DNA from: Candidatus Enterousia sp. | Lineage (GTDB): Bacteria > Pseudomonadota > Alphaproteobacteria > Rs-D84 | Reading direction: 5' to 3' | Assembly (NCBI GenBank): GCA_045133095.1 | Contig: JBGUTP010000004.1 | Location: forward strand, 67,058 to 131,057 | Length of the DNA stretch: 64,000 bases | Translations under genes and position numbers: made by a program | In this document: one piece after another, positions 1 through 9,091 of the stretch | Layout: each line of letters starts with the position of its first letter | Numbering within the stretch: the first letter of the stretch is position 1 | Notes under the pieces: model-generated | Database searches by the model: none | What the model was told of the DNA's origin: nothing | What the model saw: the letters and a program-made list of their open reading frames with translations, nothing else

Positions 1-10
1 CACAGAATTT

Positions 11-331
11 GTGCCAAATCAGGCGGGATTGGATGTGTTCCAAAGCACACAAGCGGTAAGACTGTTCGGGGAAGAATGGCCCGTCGCAATCCGCGCCGCA
101 TTATCAGAACGTCCCTATTTAATCGAAAAATGGAATACCATTCTGCAGACATACAACGCGTTTAGATTGTGGAATACCGCACAAGAAATTATATCACAGC
201 CAGAATCAGAACGTGCGCGCGCACAGGTTCAGGCAGACATGCCAGAATACGAAACCTATTTGCCAATGTTTGGCGATGCGGGAACAGAACTGTTGGGCAA
301 ATTGCGCACGTTCGTCAGTACCGCCAGTTAA
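11..331 (+). CDS. Hypothetical protein, probably 5'-truncated by the window edge
   Basis: Open frame with protein-like composition; its stop overlaps the stop of the convergent terminase-like gene. Confidence 0.6.
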   Translation: MPNQAGLDVFQSTQAVRLFGEEWPVAIRAALSERPYLIEKWNTILQTYNAFRLWNTAQEIISQPESERARAQVQADMPEYETYLPMFGDAGTELLGKLRTFVSTAS

Positions 332-927
332 TCACCGGTTTGATATATCGTGTCATGTGTGTGGGGTGTGCCAATGTAAATCATTGCGCCGTCTGGTGAC
401 AAAATAAAATCTAATTCACGCAGCCTTTCACGAAGATTTTCACGCTTTTGCGCAGTGTTTGATGTGTTTGGTACCTCTACGTCGTCGCAAATAATTAAAT
501 CTGCACGCATGCCGGTAATGTTGCCTTGGATACCCTGACAAATAACAGAAGGTTCGCGAATCCCAATTGGTCTGTTGATGGTTATGCGCCCCGCAGACCA
601 TTCTTTTCTGTTGGATGGAATCAAATCTGCGCACCAGGGATGGTTTTCCAGAATATGACGAATGTGGCTGACCATGCGGGCGGCAAGACCAGAATGTGCC
701 GACAATATCAATATGCGCGTCTGGGGACGTAAATACAATACGCATGCCGCAAATATCCCAACCACCGTGGATTTACCAGAATGACGAAACGCCATCAGTA
801 AACCACGATGGGGCGCATCACATAATATACTGAACAGAAAATCAATAATACGACGGTGATGCGCCGGAGTTTGCAAACCAAGTATTCTGTTCCATTCGTC
901 CAGAAATTTATAAAATTCCGTAATCAT
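328..927 (-). CDS. Phage terminase large subunit, N-terminal ATPase domain only (T7 gp19-like)
   Basis: Walker A AFRHSGKST, motif GNITGMRADLIICDDVE (Walker B), motif III YIGTPH; ends at 199 aa with no nuclease domain. Confidence 0.8.
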   Translation of the reverse strand: MITEFYKFLDEWNRILGLQTPAHHRRIIDFLFSILCDAPHRGLLMAFRHSGKSTVVGIFAACVLYLRPQTRILILSAHSGLAARMVSHIRHILENHPWCADLIPSNRKEWSAGRITINRPIGIREPSVICQGIQGNITGMRADLIICDDVEVPNTSNTAQKRENLRERLRELDFILSPDGAMIYIGTPHTHDTIYQTGD

Positions 928-1462
928 CGCTGTTTTCGTTCGGTGCCGGCTCAGAAATTAAACCATAGTCATTTATTAACTTTGGCAACGCATCTTCCAA
1001 AACTGACAACAGATTGCGATACAAACCTAAAACCGCACCACCTGATAATTTGTCGTTAATTACCTGATGAGTGTAATCAATAAGAGATTTTATGTCGTCA
1101 TGACGATTTGCCCATTCTGATAAATCAATATCGATGGAACGTAAGTCCTGAAAAGCAGAAAGCAAAAAATTGAAATCTGTATTCAGGTCTTCGGCGTCAA
1201 TGGTTTTGGTAGGCTGATAATCAATTGTACGCGACAGTGATATTTGCCTGAAGATATCCAGATGACTGTCTGTGGCGGGCGCAATATCGAAAACTATGTT
1301 TCCGCCGGAAAAATCATCATTGGGCATTACAGAATAGCCGTGCTGTGCTGGCGACAGCAACGCGCCATCAATTGCCACACGAACATCAGCAGTCTGAAAA
1401 AACGGAAAGGTAAATCCAAATTCACAGGTCGTGCCGTCGGCAATATAAGATATTTTATACAT
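908..1462 (-). CDS. Phage tail fibre-like protein (T7 gp17 N-terminal adaptor domain)
   Basis: N-terminus YIADGTTCEFGFTFPFFQTADVRVAIDG...IFRQ...IDAEDLNTDF resembles the T7 tail fibre N-domain; phage gene context. Confidence 0.7.
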   Translation of the reverse strand: MYKISYIADGTTCEFGFTFPFFQTADVRVAIDGALLSPAQHGYSVMPNDDFSGGNIVFDIAPATDSHLDIFRQISLSRTIDYQPTKTIDAEDLNTDFNFLLSAFQDLRSIDIDLSEWANRHDDIKSLIDYTHQVINDKLSGGAVLGLYRNLLSVLEDALPKLINDYGLISEPAPNENSDDYGIL

Positions 1463-1484
1463 TTTAAAAATCCCCCTGCCCCGG

Positions 1485-1832
1485 CTATCCTATGATGTCG
1501 TCAAATCTGGACAGCAATTTCGTTAAAAGATTCGTTTTAGTCGCGCGAACCGATTTTAATTTATCTGTGTTCTTTTTGCGTTTTTCATCATACGGCTGAG
1601 ACGCTTCGGAACGCAGACGACGTAAAACCGCGCCTTCGGTTACGCCCGATGCAGACATGCCAGATGCGCCATATTTTGCGCGCTGTGCTGATAATACCTT
1701 TTTGATTAAATTTGTCTTTTCCTGTTCGTCTGCAGCCATTTGCGCCAGAATTTCTTTGCGCTGAGATTGTGCTGACTTTTTAGAGTCTTTATAATCCAGA
1801 ACAGACGTAACGTCAGATACAAGTTGTGCCAT
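1485..1832 (-). CDS. Basic helical phage protein, possible internal virion/ejection protein
   Basis: ATG 1832 with AAAGGA RBS; QRAKYGASGM motif typical of podophage internal virion proteins; lies after tail tube B. Confidence 0.55.
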   Translation of the reverse strand: MAQLVSDVTSVLDYKDSKKSAQSQRKEILAQMAADEQEKTNLIKKVLSAQRAKYGASGMSASGVTEGAVLRRLRSEASQPYDEKRKKNTDKLKSVRATKTNLLTKLLSRFDDIIG

Positions 1833-1864
1833 ATTATTTTCCTTTGATTTAGTTGTTGTTATTT

Positions 1865-3580
1865 CTATACCGTGTACCAACCGTACAGACAAACCGATAA
1901 AACTGTGACCGGATGTGGGTCAGTGCCATGAATAACCCATGACGGTGCAATGCAATCCGACATGGAACCCAGTAAATTTATCGATACATCACCACTGTGA
2001 CCCGCAGAATCTGCCGAATACGATGCGTTGGGCAGAGTTATTCTGTGCTGATTTATAAACAATGATTTGGTATTCAGTACACGTGCGACAATTTTACGCA
2101 ACTTTAAACGACGGGCGTTATGACCTGATGCGCGTAGCGGTAAACCAGATGCAAAAAATGAAAAATCATAACGACCACAATCGCGAAGCGCAGATGAATC
2201 AAAATATTCAAGACTGAAGCCGTCTTCGCGTGAAACCGCAACATAGGTGCGACCATTGCACACGCAAACAGATGTAAATTTGCCCTGAGTACGGTATAAA
2301 GACCAGGCCGATATACCCAGTGCTGCGTTCTGATTTAATACCGCCATATCACCATCAGACAAAACAACATAAAGCCGACGAGAGTCGGGATTATATGATA
2401 AATCCTGGGGGTCTCGCAAAATATGCTTGGCAAAAACACACAAATCATTGGCATTATAATTTTCACCCAAATCATCCAGACTTAATTCACGGATGTCACA
2501 GCCGTTGCCCGATACAAATACAGTTGCGCCTTCGATTTTTTGGGGCGGCAAGTAGCGACCAGAATATGAACCAACGGTTGTGTGTTGCTTTATATCGACG
2601 ACGGATGGTGTTAGGGGTTTGCTGGATATTGCCCATTCGCCAACATTGGTTAATATTTGCAGGTTATCACTGCTGACGACGGTGCAAATTTGTTGCCGTT
2701 GTTGAGACAACAACGATAAAAATATCGCTTCGTCATCAAGCCCCGTGCCAGGATTAAAATTATTGTGCCGCCCCACACAGGACATCCATACGCCAGATGT
2801 CCAATCGCGCGAACCACCAAAAACAAGTCTGTCTTGGTGAAAAGTAATACTGCAGGGCCAACCGCGGCGTGTACTGAATGCCGCTTCGCGCCAATCTGAT
2901 ACCGCAGCATCCGGCAAGGTATAAGCACCATTGGTATAAGCAATCACTTCTGTGGGACTGATATATTCAGTCACAACCCATTGACGGTCAAGTAATTGCA
3001 AACGACCATCAACATTTTCAGGTGTCCAAAAGTCTTGGTCCGTGACAAATGTTGCATAATTGTTGCCGTTTGATGACGCCTTGACCGTTATCTTTATGCT
3101 GGTCGTGTCATCAAAACGAACGAATGGAATATTTGACGTCATGTCCGCGTCATTGCGCGAAAAGGAAAATTCAAATATGTCAAAGACACCTGAAGATTGC
3201 TGCAGTGTTTGTGGCGGATAATCAGGGTGAACAAATATCATTGTACCAAAACGCTGGGCGTACTGAAGGCGTGATAAGTCCGCATAAGACCAAGGTGTAA
3301 TTAAATCTTGATAATGGGTATCGTTAAAATAAATATCCATGTGAAAGTCTGTTAGGACCAGCACATATTCCTGGTCGTCCGATACAGAAAAAGATATCAA
3401 ACGACATGCGCCAGAAATATTATCCAGATGCACCAAGCCATCGCGACGCGATACGCCACCACCCGGCAACACGTCCATATTTTCCAGTCGTGACAGTCCA
3501 TTTATATTGTCACAAGCATAGAATTGAGGTGCAACAACGCCGTTGGCAAAAGAATTTTGTGTTTTTATAAATTCAGACAT
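1865..3580 (-). CDS. Tail tubular protein B / nozzle (T7 gp12-like)
   Basis: QNSFANG...LENMDVLPGGGVSRRDG start; RGWPCSITFHQDRLVFGG motif; follows tail tube A. Confidence 0.8.
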   Translation of the reverse strand: MSEFIKTQNSFANGVVAPQFYACDNINGLSRLENMDVLPGGGVSRRDGLVHLDNISGACRLISFSVSDDQEYVLVLTDFHMDIYFNDTHYQDLITPWSYADLSRLQYAQRFGTMIFVHPDYPPQTLQQSSGVFDIFEFSFSRNDADMTSNIPFVRFDDTTSIKITVKASSNGNNYATFVTDQDFWTPENVDGRLQLLDRQWVVTEYISPTEVIAYTNGAYTLPDAAVSDWREAAFSTRRGWPCSITFHQDRLVFGGSRDWTSGVWMSCVGRHNNFNPGTGLDDEAIFLSLLSQQRQQICTVVSSDNLQILTNVGEWAISSKPLTPSVVDIKQHTTVGSYSGRYLPPQKIEGATVFVSGNGCDIRELSLDDLGENYNANDLCVFAKHILRDPQDLSYNPDSRRLYVVLSDGDMAVLNQNAALGISAWSLYRTQGKFTSVCVCNGRTYVAVSREDGFSLEYFDSSALRDCGRYDFSFFASGLPLRASGHNARRLKLRKIVARVLNTKSLFINQHRITLPNASYSADSAGHSGDVSINLLGSMSDCIAPSWVIHGTDPHPVTVLSVCLYGWYTV

Positions 3581-3598
3581 CTTATCACCTTTGAACAA

Positions 3599-4117
3599 CT
3601 AAAACCGAGTGTCAATTAATGAAAATTTGCCAATTGCAGACGATGGGCAAATTGTACTGTCGATAAATTTGGATGTTTGCAGTTCTGATTCATATAACGC
3701 CGCTAACATGCGAAATACTGTCTGGTCCCCCAGTAACGGGATGCAAAATTCCATTGCTAAACGTGTCGCAACCAATGATGCAAAATACCCTGGGAACTTT
3801 TCAGGCAAAACACGCACAACCGCAGTGACAGATACAGAATCTGAATCAGAATAAATGCGATTGCCAACAATCGAACCAGAAACGCTGATAACACGCAGAA
3901 CATCCGACGGAATCAAAAAATTTCCATCCGTAGTTTTATTTAAATCTAAAATCTGGGTGGCAAAAGTCCAAGGATGAATCGACAACAACGATTCAACAAC
4001 TGTATCAAACAGAGTGCGTGATAACTTTGCCGCCGCAGAATCATCTGTTAATGACTGAATTGGTTCTTCGCCCAATTTTAACAAAGCCATAGAACATAAA
4101 TCTATTTTCGTAAGCAT
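3599..4117 (-). CDS. Tail tubular protein A / adaptor (T7 gp11-like)
   Basis: TKIDLCSMALLKLGEEPIQSL...LLSIHPWTFAT motif. Confidence 0.8.
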   Translation of the reverse strand: MLTKIDLCSMALLKLGEEPIQSLTDDSAAAKLSRTLFDTVVESLLSIHPWTFATQILDLNKTTDGNFLIPSDVLRVISVSGSIVGNRIYSDSDSVSVTAVVRVLPEKFPGYFASLVATRLAMEFCIPLLGDQTVFRMLAALYESELQTSKFIDSTICPSSAIGKFSLIDTRF

Positions 4118-4193
4118 TTTTGCCCCTTTACAAAAAACAATTGTTTAAACTTTGTTGGGTCAGACATGCCGACCCAACTTATAATAAGATGAC

Positions 4194-4424
4194 CTAGGCC
4201 AAGGCAACTGTTGTTACATTTAATTCTGTGATATTGATTTTCTTAATCGCGGTATTGTCAGATGCGTTGATAATTATAATATCGCCTATGTTCATCAAAC
4301 TTTTGACGTTGTTAAAATACCCATTTGCCGCAATCGTAGCCAATGTTTCAGTCGCACTGTAATGCCATAGGGTAAAGCCATTCGCATACGCAATAACAGA
4401 CAAATTTTTATTCTGAAAAGCCAT
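4194..4424 (-). CDS. Small conserved phage-cluster protein (possible capsid decoration protein)
   Basis: 76 aa MAFQNKNLSVIAYANGFTLWHY...GYFN; directly after the capsid gene, with RBS. Confidence 0.65.
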   Translation of the reverse strand: MAFQNKNLSVIAYANGFTLWHYSATETLATIAANGYFNNVKSLMNIGDIIIINASDNTAIKKINITELNVTTVALA

Positions 4425-4455
4425 TTATTCTTCCTTTGGTTTGTGGTTATTGATA

Positions 4456-5283
4456 TTAAGCCGCCGGTGTGTCAGAACACTTAACGCGAACAATGCCATC
4501 GCCATCAATCAAGACTGCGCCTTGGGACATGCTGTTGCTGATAAAGTGCGCCGCACGTTCGCCATGCCACGAGATATCACTTTTAACGTCTTGACCACTG
4601 GCGTGACCAATGCTGGATGCGTGATAAATAAAGCAATCACGATTTTCATCAGACACTGGCAAACCATTGTGCAATACCCATGTAATACCCAACCATTTGC
4701 GGGCTTCGAAACCATTGACCAATGGCGACGATTGACCGACATAATCCGCCGACACAAATTCATCCATGGACAGCAGTTCGTTCCACTGGCGCACACCGAC
4801 AACTGCAAAGCGACGACCGTCGTCTGGAACATCGTTGGTGTTTAAAATTTCAACTGCCGACAAAATCAAATCTTTGGTCAGACCTGTGGAATAATCACCG
4901 ACACTTGATGTGGCGTCATTCATCGCAGAAATAATCAATTCATCTGTTTTTCGCCCCAGTGCGTATGCGCCCGCAGATGCAACAACCAAACGTTCGTCCA
5001 CGTTGGTCTTTAATTCATCAAGACTGTCAACCCAATCGCCGGCATAATAGTCCTGTAACAGACATTCAACAGGTTCATGATTCAAATTCATAACAGGCAC
5101 AATGCCATGACGTGATTTAGTGCTGGCGGTGCCGCGACCAACCTTTTGGAAAGTGGTAGATGCACCCACAACACCAGATTTACTGCGAACTGTCGAACGC
5201 AGTTTTGTGCCCATTTGCTGATAAGCCAAATGAACATCGGCTTCGAATTGTTTCACGAAGATATTATCTATGGAAACAGACAT
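4456..5283 (-). CDS. Phage major capsid protein (podovirus/T7-like)
   Basis: FVKQFEADVHLAYQQMGTKLR, AYALGRKTDELII, WLGITWVLH; ATG 5283 with AAGGA RBS. Confidence 0.85.
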   Translation of the reverse strand: MSVSIDNIFVKQFEADVHLAYQQMGTKLRSTVRSKSGVVGASTTFQKVGRGTASTKSRHGIVPVMNLNHEPVECLLQDYYAGDWVDSLDELKTNVDERLVVASAGAYALGRKTDELIISAMNDATSSVGDYSTGLTKDLILSAVEILNTNDVPDDGRRFAVVGVRQWNELLSMDEFVSADYVGQSSPLVNGFEARKWLGITWVLHNGLPVSDENRDCFIYHASSIGHASGQDVKSDISWHGERAAHFISNSMSQGAVLIDGDGIVRVKCSDTPAA

Positions 5284-5476
5284 ATAAAAATCCTTTGGTT
5301 TATTAAAAATAGTTCGACACAAACAGGTGTCGATGTTAAATTCTTTTGTCTTTAGGTTATGCAGTAGCGATTGCGCCATAAAACAAAAATTTCACAGGGT
5401 CCGCATAGTACGGATTATCCAAAAAAATATCAGTCATACTGTGGCCACAAAAATCTGACTGATACTTTTTAAAATA

Positions 5477-5500
5477 AAAACCCGTGTGAAACACACGGGT
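5477..5500 (-). terminator. Rho-independent terminator of the histone-like gene
   Basis: ACCCGTGTG/CACACGGGT stem followed by a T-run on the minus strand. Confidence 0.7.
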
Positions 5501-5525
5501 AATAAAAGATAAAATAAATTATTTA

Positions 5526-5945
5526 TTATTTTTTCTTAGCGCATGCTTTTTTTGCACAAGGTTTCTTGGCACATGCTTTTTTTGCAACTGGTTTCGCAGC
5601 AACTTTTTTAACCGCTACTTTTTTTGCAGCAGGTTTCGCAGCAACTTTTTTAACCGCTACTTTTTTTGCAGCAGGTTTCGCAGCAACTCTTTTAACCGCT
5701 ACTTTTTTCGCAGCTGGTTTTGCAGCAACTTTTTTAACTGCTACTTTTTTTGCCGCTGGTTTCGCAGCAGGTTTTTTAACCGCTACTTTTTTTGCCGCTG
5801 GTTTCGCAGCAACTTTTTTAACCGCTACTTTTTTTGCAGCAGGTTTTGCAGCAGGTTTTTTAACCGCTGCTTTTTTTGCAACCGGTTTCGCAGCAGGTTT
5901 TGCAACGACGGCTTTTTTTGCAGGCTTTTTAAACAAGAATCCCAT
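5526..5945 (-). CDS. Histone H1-like Lys/Ala-rich DNA-binding protein (Hc2/AlgP-like)
   Basis: About seven 14-aa repeats AKPAAKKVAVKKVA; C-terminal KKACAKKPCAKKACAKKK; AGGAG RBS before ATG 5945. Confidence 0.8.
   Translation of the reverse strand: MGFLFKKPAKKAVVAKPAAKPVAKKAAVKKPAAKPAAKKVAVKKVAAKPAAKKVAVKKPAAKPAAKKVAVKKVAAKPAAKKVAVKRVAAKPAAKKVAVKKVAAKPAAKKVAVKKVAAKPVAKKACAKKPCAKKACAKKK
5570..5900. repeat. 42-bp coding tandem repeat inside the histone-like gene
   Basis: Repeated GGTTTCGCAGCAACTTTTTTAACCGCTACTTTTTTTGC units. Confidence 0.85.
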
Positions 5946-6052
5946 TCTTCTCTCCTTTTCGTGTTTTGGATAGAACAAATCCGTTTTGTTCTTACTTTGT
6001 ATTTTATCTTAAATACAAAACTTAGTAAAGAAGAAAGTGATTATTTTCTGTG

Positions 6053-6712
6053 TTATGAATATAATTTTTTAAATCCGTTTTCTATTTTACGTATGTATTC
6101 AACGTCACCATCACGCCAATATTTTGGATTGCGCATCATTTCACGCAACTGGGCATCTGTTAAATTTTTTGTTTCATCATTATCTGTTTGAACAGATGGT
6201 TCCATTGATTGCATCATCTTGTAAACGCTTTGAATTCCCTGGGGTGTAGCGCATAATGCATCAAACGCTTCGCGTGGCAAAAAGCGTTCGCCAAAAGAAT
6301 TTATTGCACGTAATGCATCGTGCATTTTTTTATCATCACCAAAAAAACTTTTTAATTCACTGATTGCTTTTGTTTCTTGTGACACAGAAAATAAATCTGA
6401 AATTAATGGTGATAAAAATTCATTCGCAATGTCATATATTTTTTCAACCTGCGTGGAAGTCAGGCCAATATCAAAAAATTTTTGACGCAAATTCTCATCA
6501 TCATACATTTCGTTTTTTGGATATTCTGATGCACTGGTCGGAACACCTATTGCACGATTAAATTTTTCGCGCGCCGCATTATCTGATTCTTCATTTGGTA
6601 CCGACACCATGGAACCCATTTTCTTTTCCAGTTCTTTGTAAGATTTTATTAATGCATCTGTATTTAATGTTCCGTCTGTGTTCAAAAATTTTTCAGGAAT
6701 TTTTGTTTCCAT
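6053..6712 (-). CDS. Capsid assembly scaffolding protein
   Basis: IPEKF...ALIKSYKELEKKMG and C-terminal MMRNPKYWRDGD...IENGFKKLY, typical of podophage scaffolds; upstream of capsid. Confidence 0.7.
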   Translation of the reverse strand: METKIPEKFLNTDGTLNTDALIKSYKELEKKMGSMVSVPNEESDNAAREKFNRAIGVPTSASEYPKNEMYDDENLRQKFFDIGLTSTQVEKIYDIANEFLSPLISDLFSVSQETKAISELKSFFGDDKKMHDALRAINSFGERFLPREAFDALCATPQGIQSVYKMMQSMEPSVQTDNDETKNLTDAQLREMMRNPKYWRDGDVEYIRKIENGFKKLYS

Positions 6713-6902
6713 CTTTTTGTCCTTTGGTTTCGTTAGAGCGACGAAGAAAATATATCCCCGCCAATGTAAAAATTGATTGCAACATTGTAAAGATGTCCGT
6801 GTCACCAACCAGATATGACGCCAGCGCAGATATTATTCCAACGCCCGAGATAATATATGTTCGATGACCAGACAAATAGCCACCTTTGAAAAAGTGTGTC
6901 AT
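6693..6902 (-). CDS. Small two-TM membrane protein, holin-like
   Basis: 69 aa, LSGHRTYI followed by two hydrophobic segments and a basic tail; next to a cell-wall hydrolase. Confidence 0.5.
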   Translation of the reverse strand: MTHFFKGGYLSGHRTYIISGVGIISALASYLVGDTDIFTMLQSIFTLAGIYFLRRSNETKGQKDGNKNS

Positions 6903-6917
6903 GTTATCCTTTGATTC

Positions 6918-7388
6918 TTATAAATAAAACAACATACCCGATATGTCGGCAATGTATCCGCGTGCAACAGCCCATTGTGGCAAACAGTCACAGTGATGAA
7001 AGCATGTCGCACCAAAACAACTGTCGGGCAACACACCAGATAACATACGCTGGGCAACACGGACACACATTTGAAAACTGGGACTTGATGCAGAGGCACC
7101 AAGACTTTTATGACGAGGACTGTCTGATTGCAGACAAGAAAAAATTCTGTAATCAGCGATTACAGAATCTATTGAGCGTCCAGTTTTTTCAGAAATATTT
7201 TTTATCATACTGGTAAGTGCTTCGACCCCGACCAACGTTGCGCCATCTGTTTCGGCATAAACAACGCGTGCAATTTTATGCGCCAATGTTGACATCGGTG
7301 CATCGGTTTGAATGATTTTCAAATGCATGTTCGCCCCCATAAAAAAATACCCCATGCGAAAAAGCATGAGGCAATAAAAAAACCACAA
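6918..7388 (-). CDS. Cell wall hydrolase (SleB/Hydrolase_2-like); start probably nearer 7328
   Basis: IARVVYAET, IFSCL, GATCFHH, PQWA motifs. Confidence 0.7.
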   Translation of the reverse strand: MWFFYCLMLFRMGYFFMGANMHLKIIQTDAPMSTLAHKIARVVYAETDGATLVGVEALTSMIKNISEKTGRSIDSVIADYRIFSCLQSDSPRHKSLGASASSPSFQMCVRVAQRMLSGVLPDSCFGATCFHHCDCLPQWAVARGYIADISGMLFYL

Positions 7389-7481
7389 CGCTGTTGTGGA
7401 TATAATCTGTGCTGTTTATGGTTTGAATTATATCACATTCAGAGCCTAAAGTCAAGAAAAAAATTTGACAAATCAGAATTC

Positions 7482-8162
7482 TTATAGTGAAATCTCGTCA
7501 CCATAAACCAATAGGTAACGTGTGTCACGACGTAAAATCAATGCACCATTCTCGTTTATGCCTATTAATTGTGCAGGTTCACCTTGGTATTTGACCATGC
7601 AGTTTAAACATGCGGCAAGTTCGGTCCAACGCGCACGAACCGCACGAAAATCAGCACGACGCCATTTGTCCAGATTTCGCATTAAACGATTCAATAACTC
7701 TGTCATAGGTATTTCAGAATAATTATCAAGTTTTGTCGTCTGATATCGGTCAACCGTTGGATTTGATAAAACGTTTATACCAATACCAACAATTACAAAA
7801 CGACCAGAATACTCAATCAGTATGCCCGCAACCTTTTTGCCTTGAACCAGAATATCGTTCGGCCACTTAATCGTCGGATGAATGCCAAAGGACGCAATAG
7901 TTTCCGCAACCGCAACCGCCACAGAATACGACAGGCGCGCATCACGTTCGGGTGCATTGTATATAAAACTGGCATACAGATTTCCGTGGTGCGACACCCA
8001 TGTGCGACGATAACGACCGCGACCCGCAGACTGTGCCGCGGCAACAATCGCCGTGGCATCAGATGCACGACCAGACGCAACCAAATCATGCGCATAATCT
8101 TGGGTGCTGGGGATTTTGTCCAAAGATATTAATTTATAGTTTGCCAAGTCTATACACCCCAT
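7482..8162 (-). CDS. birA: Biotin--[acetyl-CoA carboxylase] ligase
   Basis: STQD, QSAGRGR, KWPNDIL, KVAGILIE, GIGIN motifs. Confidence 0.95.
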   Translation of the reverse strand: MGCIDLANYKLISLDKIPSTQDYAHDLVASGRASDATAIVAAAQSAGRGRYRRTWVSHHGNLYASFIYNAPERDARLSYSVAVAVAETIASFGIHPTIKWPNDILVQGKKVAGILIEYSGRFVIVGIGINVLSNPTVDRYQTTKLDNYSEIPMTELLNRLMRNLDKWRRADFRAVRARWTELAACLNCMVKYQGEPAQLIGINENGALILRRDTRYLLVYGDEISL

Positions 8163-8553
8163 TCGAATTTAAAATAAAATCATGACCAAATGTACGCCGC
8201 AATTGATAAATTGCATTATCTACCGTGTGGGTGGCAACATCAGGCGCATACCCCAGCGCAGTTTTTAGTTGCGGTACACTCATCCCGCCGGAACGATATA
8301 ACAAAACAACTATTTGCGCCTGAAGACGCGGCAACGATATTGGTGATGGTAAAATTTTCTTAAGGACGCCGCCATAGTCAGAAGCATTTAAAAGAAGCGT
8401 TTTTAATTCCAGCGGCGACACCGGGGTCGGGATGTCTATGTCATCCAGGTTCAGGTCGGTTGGCGTTGGCGCGTCAAGAACAAATGCGCCTAAGTCCGAC
8501 AAAATACGGCGCCAGGTACAATCAGATGAATAAATACGAAAACCTGTCAACAT
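8134..8553 (-). CDS. Winged-helix (OmpR C-terminal type) DNA-binding protein lacking a canonical receiver domain
   Basis: LGY...THTVDNAIYQLRR...NGVYRL. Confidence 0.7.
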   Translation of the reverse strand: MLTGFRIYSSDCTWRRILSDLGAFVLDAPTPTDLNLDDIDIPTPVSPLELKTLLLNASDYGGVLKKILPSPISLPRLQAQIVVLLYRSGGMSVPQLKTALGYAPDVATHTVDNAIYQLRRTFGHDFILNSNGVYRLGKL

Positions 8554-8651
8554 GTATAAACGATAATAAATATATGCACTGTTGTCCAATAAAAAACCAC
8601 AACAGAATTACAACTATTGTGATTTTTTGGGGTGTCGAAAACAATACCGTG

Positions 8652-8897
8652 TTATTCACGCACCATATCTGGCGGGTCAATAAACTTGGTAAAATCCTGA
8701 ATTTTGGCACCTGTTGATGCAAGTATTTTTGAAATACTGTTGGTCGAAGGCCATCTGGGTTGACCTTCTTTGGACCAACGCTTTGATTTATTAAATGTGG
8801 TCGGGTCTAAACCGCTGCACTTTGCCAGTCCGGAACAAGACATGCCATGCTCTGTTGCAAAGCGTTCGATTGCGCGCCACACATCGTCATGTGTCAT
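8652..8897 (-). CDS. Alphaproteobacterial phage-repressor-like HTH regulator without the S24 peptidase domain
   Basis: THDDVWRAI...SGLAKCSGLDPTTFNKSKR...PRWPST family signature. Confidence 0.8.
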   Translation of the reverse strand: MTHDDVWRAIERFATEHGMSCSGLAKCSGLDPTTFNKSKRWSKEGQPRWPSTNSISKILASTGAKIQDFTKFIDPPDMVRE

Positions 8898-9091
8898 TTT
8901 TTTCTCCCTCTTGTTTAACTAGAATCTTATCCTGATGTTCTAGTGTACGTTGATTTTATTCCAGAAATTCCGGGAAAACAATAAGTCCTATTTCCTAGGT
9001 ATGCCTGCATATTTTAAACAAATAAACACACACAAAAAATTTTTTTTGACAAATCACTTGACAAATCGTTTTTTGTGTATTATATTTCGAA

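Larger units (their letters stand above)
328..7388 (-). mobile_element. Reduced T7-like podophage-derived structural gene cluster (cryptic prophage remnant or GTA-like element)
   Basis: Co-oriented terminase fragment, tail fibre N-domain, tail tube B and A, capsid, scaffold, holin-like and hydrolase genes; no integrase, portal or replication gene seen. Confidence 0.75.

Noticed and set aside
5570-5900. Possible CRISPR array
   Set aside because: Contiguous in-frame 42-bp coding repeats with no unique spacers; no cas genes in the window.
5566-5973. Hydrophobic repeat ORF on the + strand (FFAAGFAAT)n
   Set aside because: Antisense shadow of the histone-like gene, which has the RBS and terminator.
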